Shown: piece after piece, positions 63,379 through 64,000 of the stretch
How positions within the stretch are numbered: position 1 is the stretch's first letter
How the letters are laid out: every line of letters begins with the position of its first letter
From: Sminthopsis crassicaudata
Taxonomy: Eukaryota
DNA: 64,000 bases
Assembly (NCBI RefSeq): GCF_048593235.1
Contig: NC_133620.1
Span: 441,283,261 to 441,347,260 of the forward strand
Direction: 5' to 3'
Program-made: the position numbers and the translations under genes
The notes under the pieces: model-generated
The model's input: the letters and a program-made list of their open reading frames with translations, nothing else
What the model was told of the DNA's origin: nothing
The model's database searches: none

Positions 63379-63852
63379 TGTGCCACAATTCTCTTTTAAT
63401 TCCCGGACCCAGTTTCCCTTATTGTCCTATTCAATAACTCTGCCTCAGGTTATAACCATTCCCTTTTAATGTTAGGATAAAGGTCTTATATCTTAGACCT
63501 TAAACTATATTTATTCCCTCTTAATGTTTGATGGAATAAAGGTCTGTATCCATTTTAGAAATTATTAGAATATTAGGAGCCTCTCCAGTACTTCCCATTA
63601 TGTCATCCTAGGTGCCTCCCCCCAGTTAGGTCAATCCCAACCAGGTTTCCTTTCCCCATTATGTTATTGTTCTTGTTACCCTGTAAAAAAATGCTGTCTC
63701 CGATATTCAGGGCTGGATTCTTTGAGACAATAGTCTCCCTTCAGCCTTGGAACCAACCATGGATCCATTTGGTCCCAGTAAATCACTCCATTAAATAAAT
63801 TCTGTATTGAATACTCTCTAATCACTATCTTGCTCAGTTTTTTGGCACTACA
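63379..63852 (+). mobile_element. LTR family X copy C, 5' LTR of a provirus running out of the window
   Basis: TGTGCCACAATT...GGCACTACA, followed by a PBS-like sequence. Confidence 0.85.
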
Positions 63853-63855
63853 TTT

Positions 63856-63874
63856 TGAAGCTCCCCAGCGAGAT
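63856..63874 (+). promoter_or_regulatory. Degenerate PBS, tRNA-Thr(UGU) type
   Basis: TGAAGCTCCCCAGCGAGAT vs TGGAGGCCCCAGCGAGAT; last 12 nt exact; 3 nt after the LTR CA. Confidence 0.65.
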
Positions 63875-64000
63875 ATTCGCAAATGAGCAGGATTAGAGAT
63901 AAGAGACTTTCCAGTCTCTGCTTGGGCCTGAGTGGCTGAGTATCTTAATTCTTGGCCTGGAGAGGCTGACCCCCTGAATTTTTTTTTTCCAGAGCCTTCG

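Overview
Vertebrate genomic DNA, almost certainly marsupial and probably dasyuromorph (WSINE1-type and MAR1-type CORE-SINEs, marsupial-type L1); the species cannot be fixed from sequence alone. The window holds part of a replication-dependent histone cluster with all five classes: H4 (+, 12.9 kb), then 33 kb away H1 (+), H3 (-), H2A (-) and H2B (+) in a CpG island, each with the 3' stem-loop and HDE. H3 and H2B are partly hidden by N runs. A tRNA-Ser(AGA) gene lies at 1.4 kb. The rest is dominated by retroelements: (i) a scrambled HERV-I/ERV3-like class I ERV interleaved with an L1 piece and a decayed betaretroviral pol-env (13.6-22.2 kb); (ii) a young provirus at 23080-27802 (near-identical LTRs, 6-bp TSD, tRNA-Lys PBS) with betaretroviral gag/dUTPase-pro, no pol or SU, a gammaretroviral-type TM and a CTE-like RNA export element; (iii) a third betaretrovirus-like element (53.3-58.2 kb) with an open 564-aa RNase H-integrase-TM fusion ORF; (iv) many solo LTRs plus L1, L2, CR1 and SINE fragments. 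Family names come from recognised protein motifs, not database searches. Boundaries of old repeats are approximate. No CRISPR or prokaryotic features.
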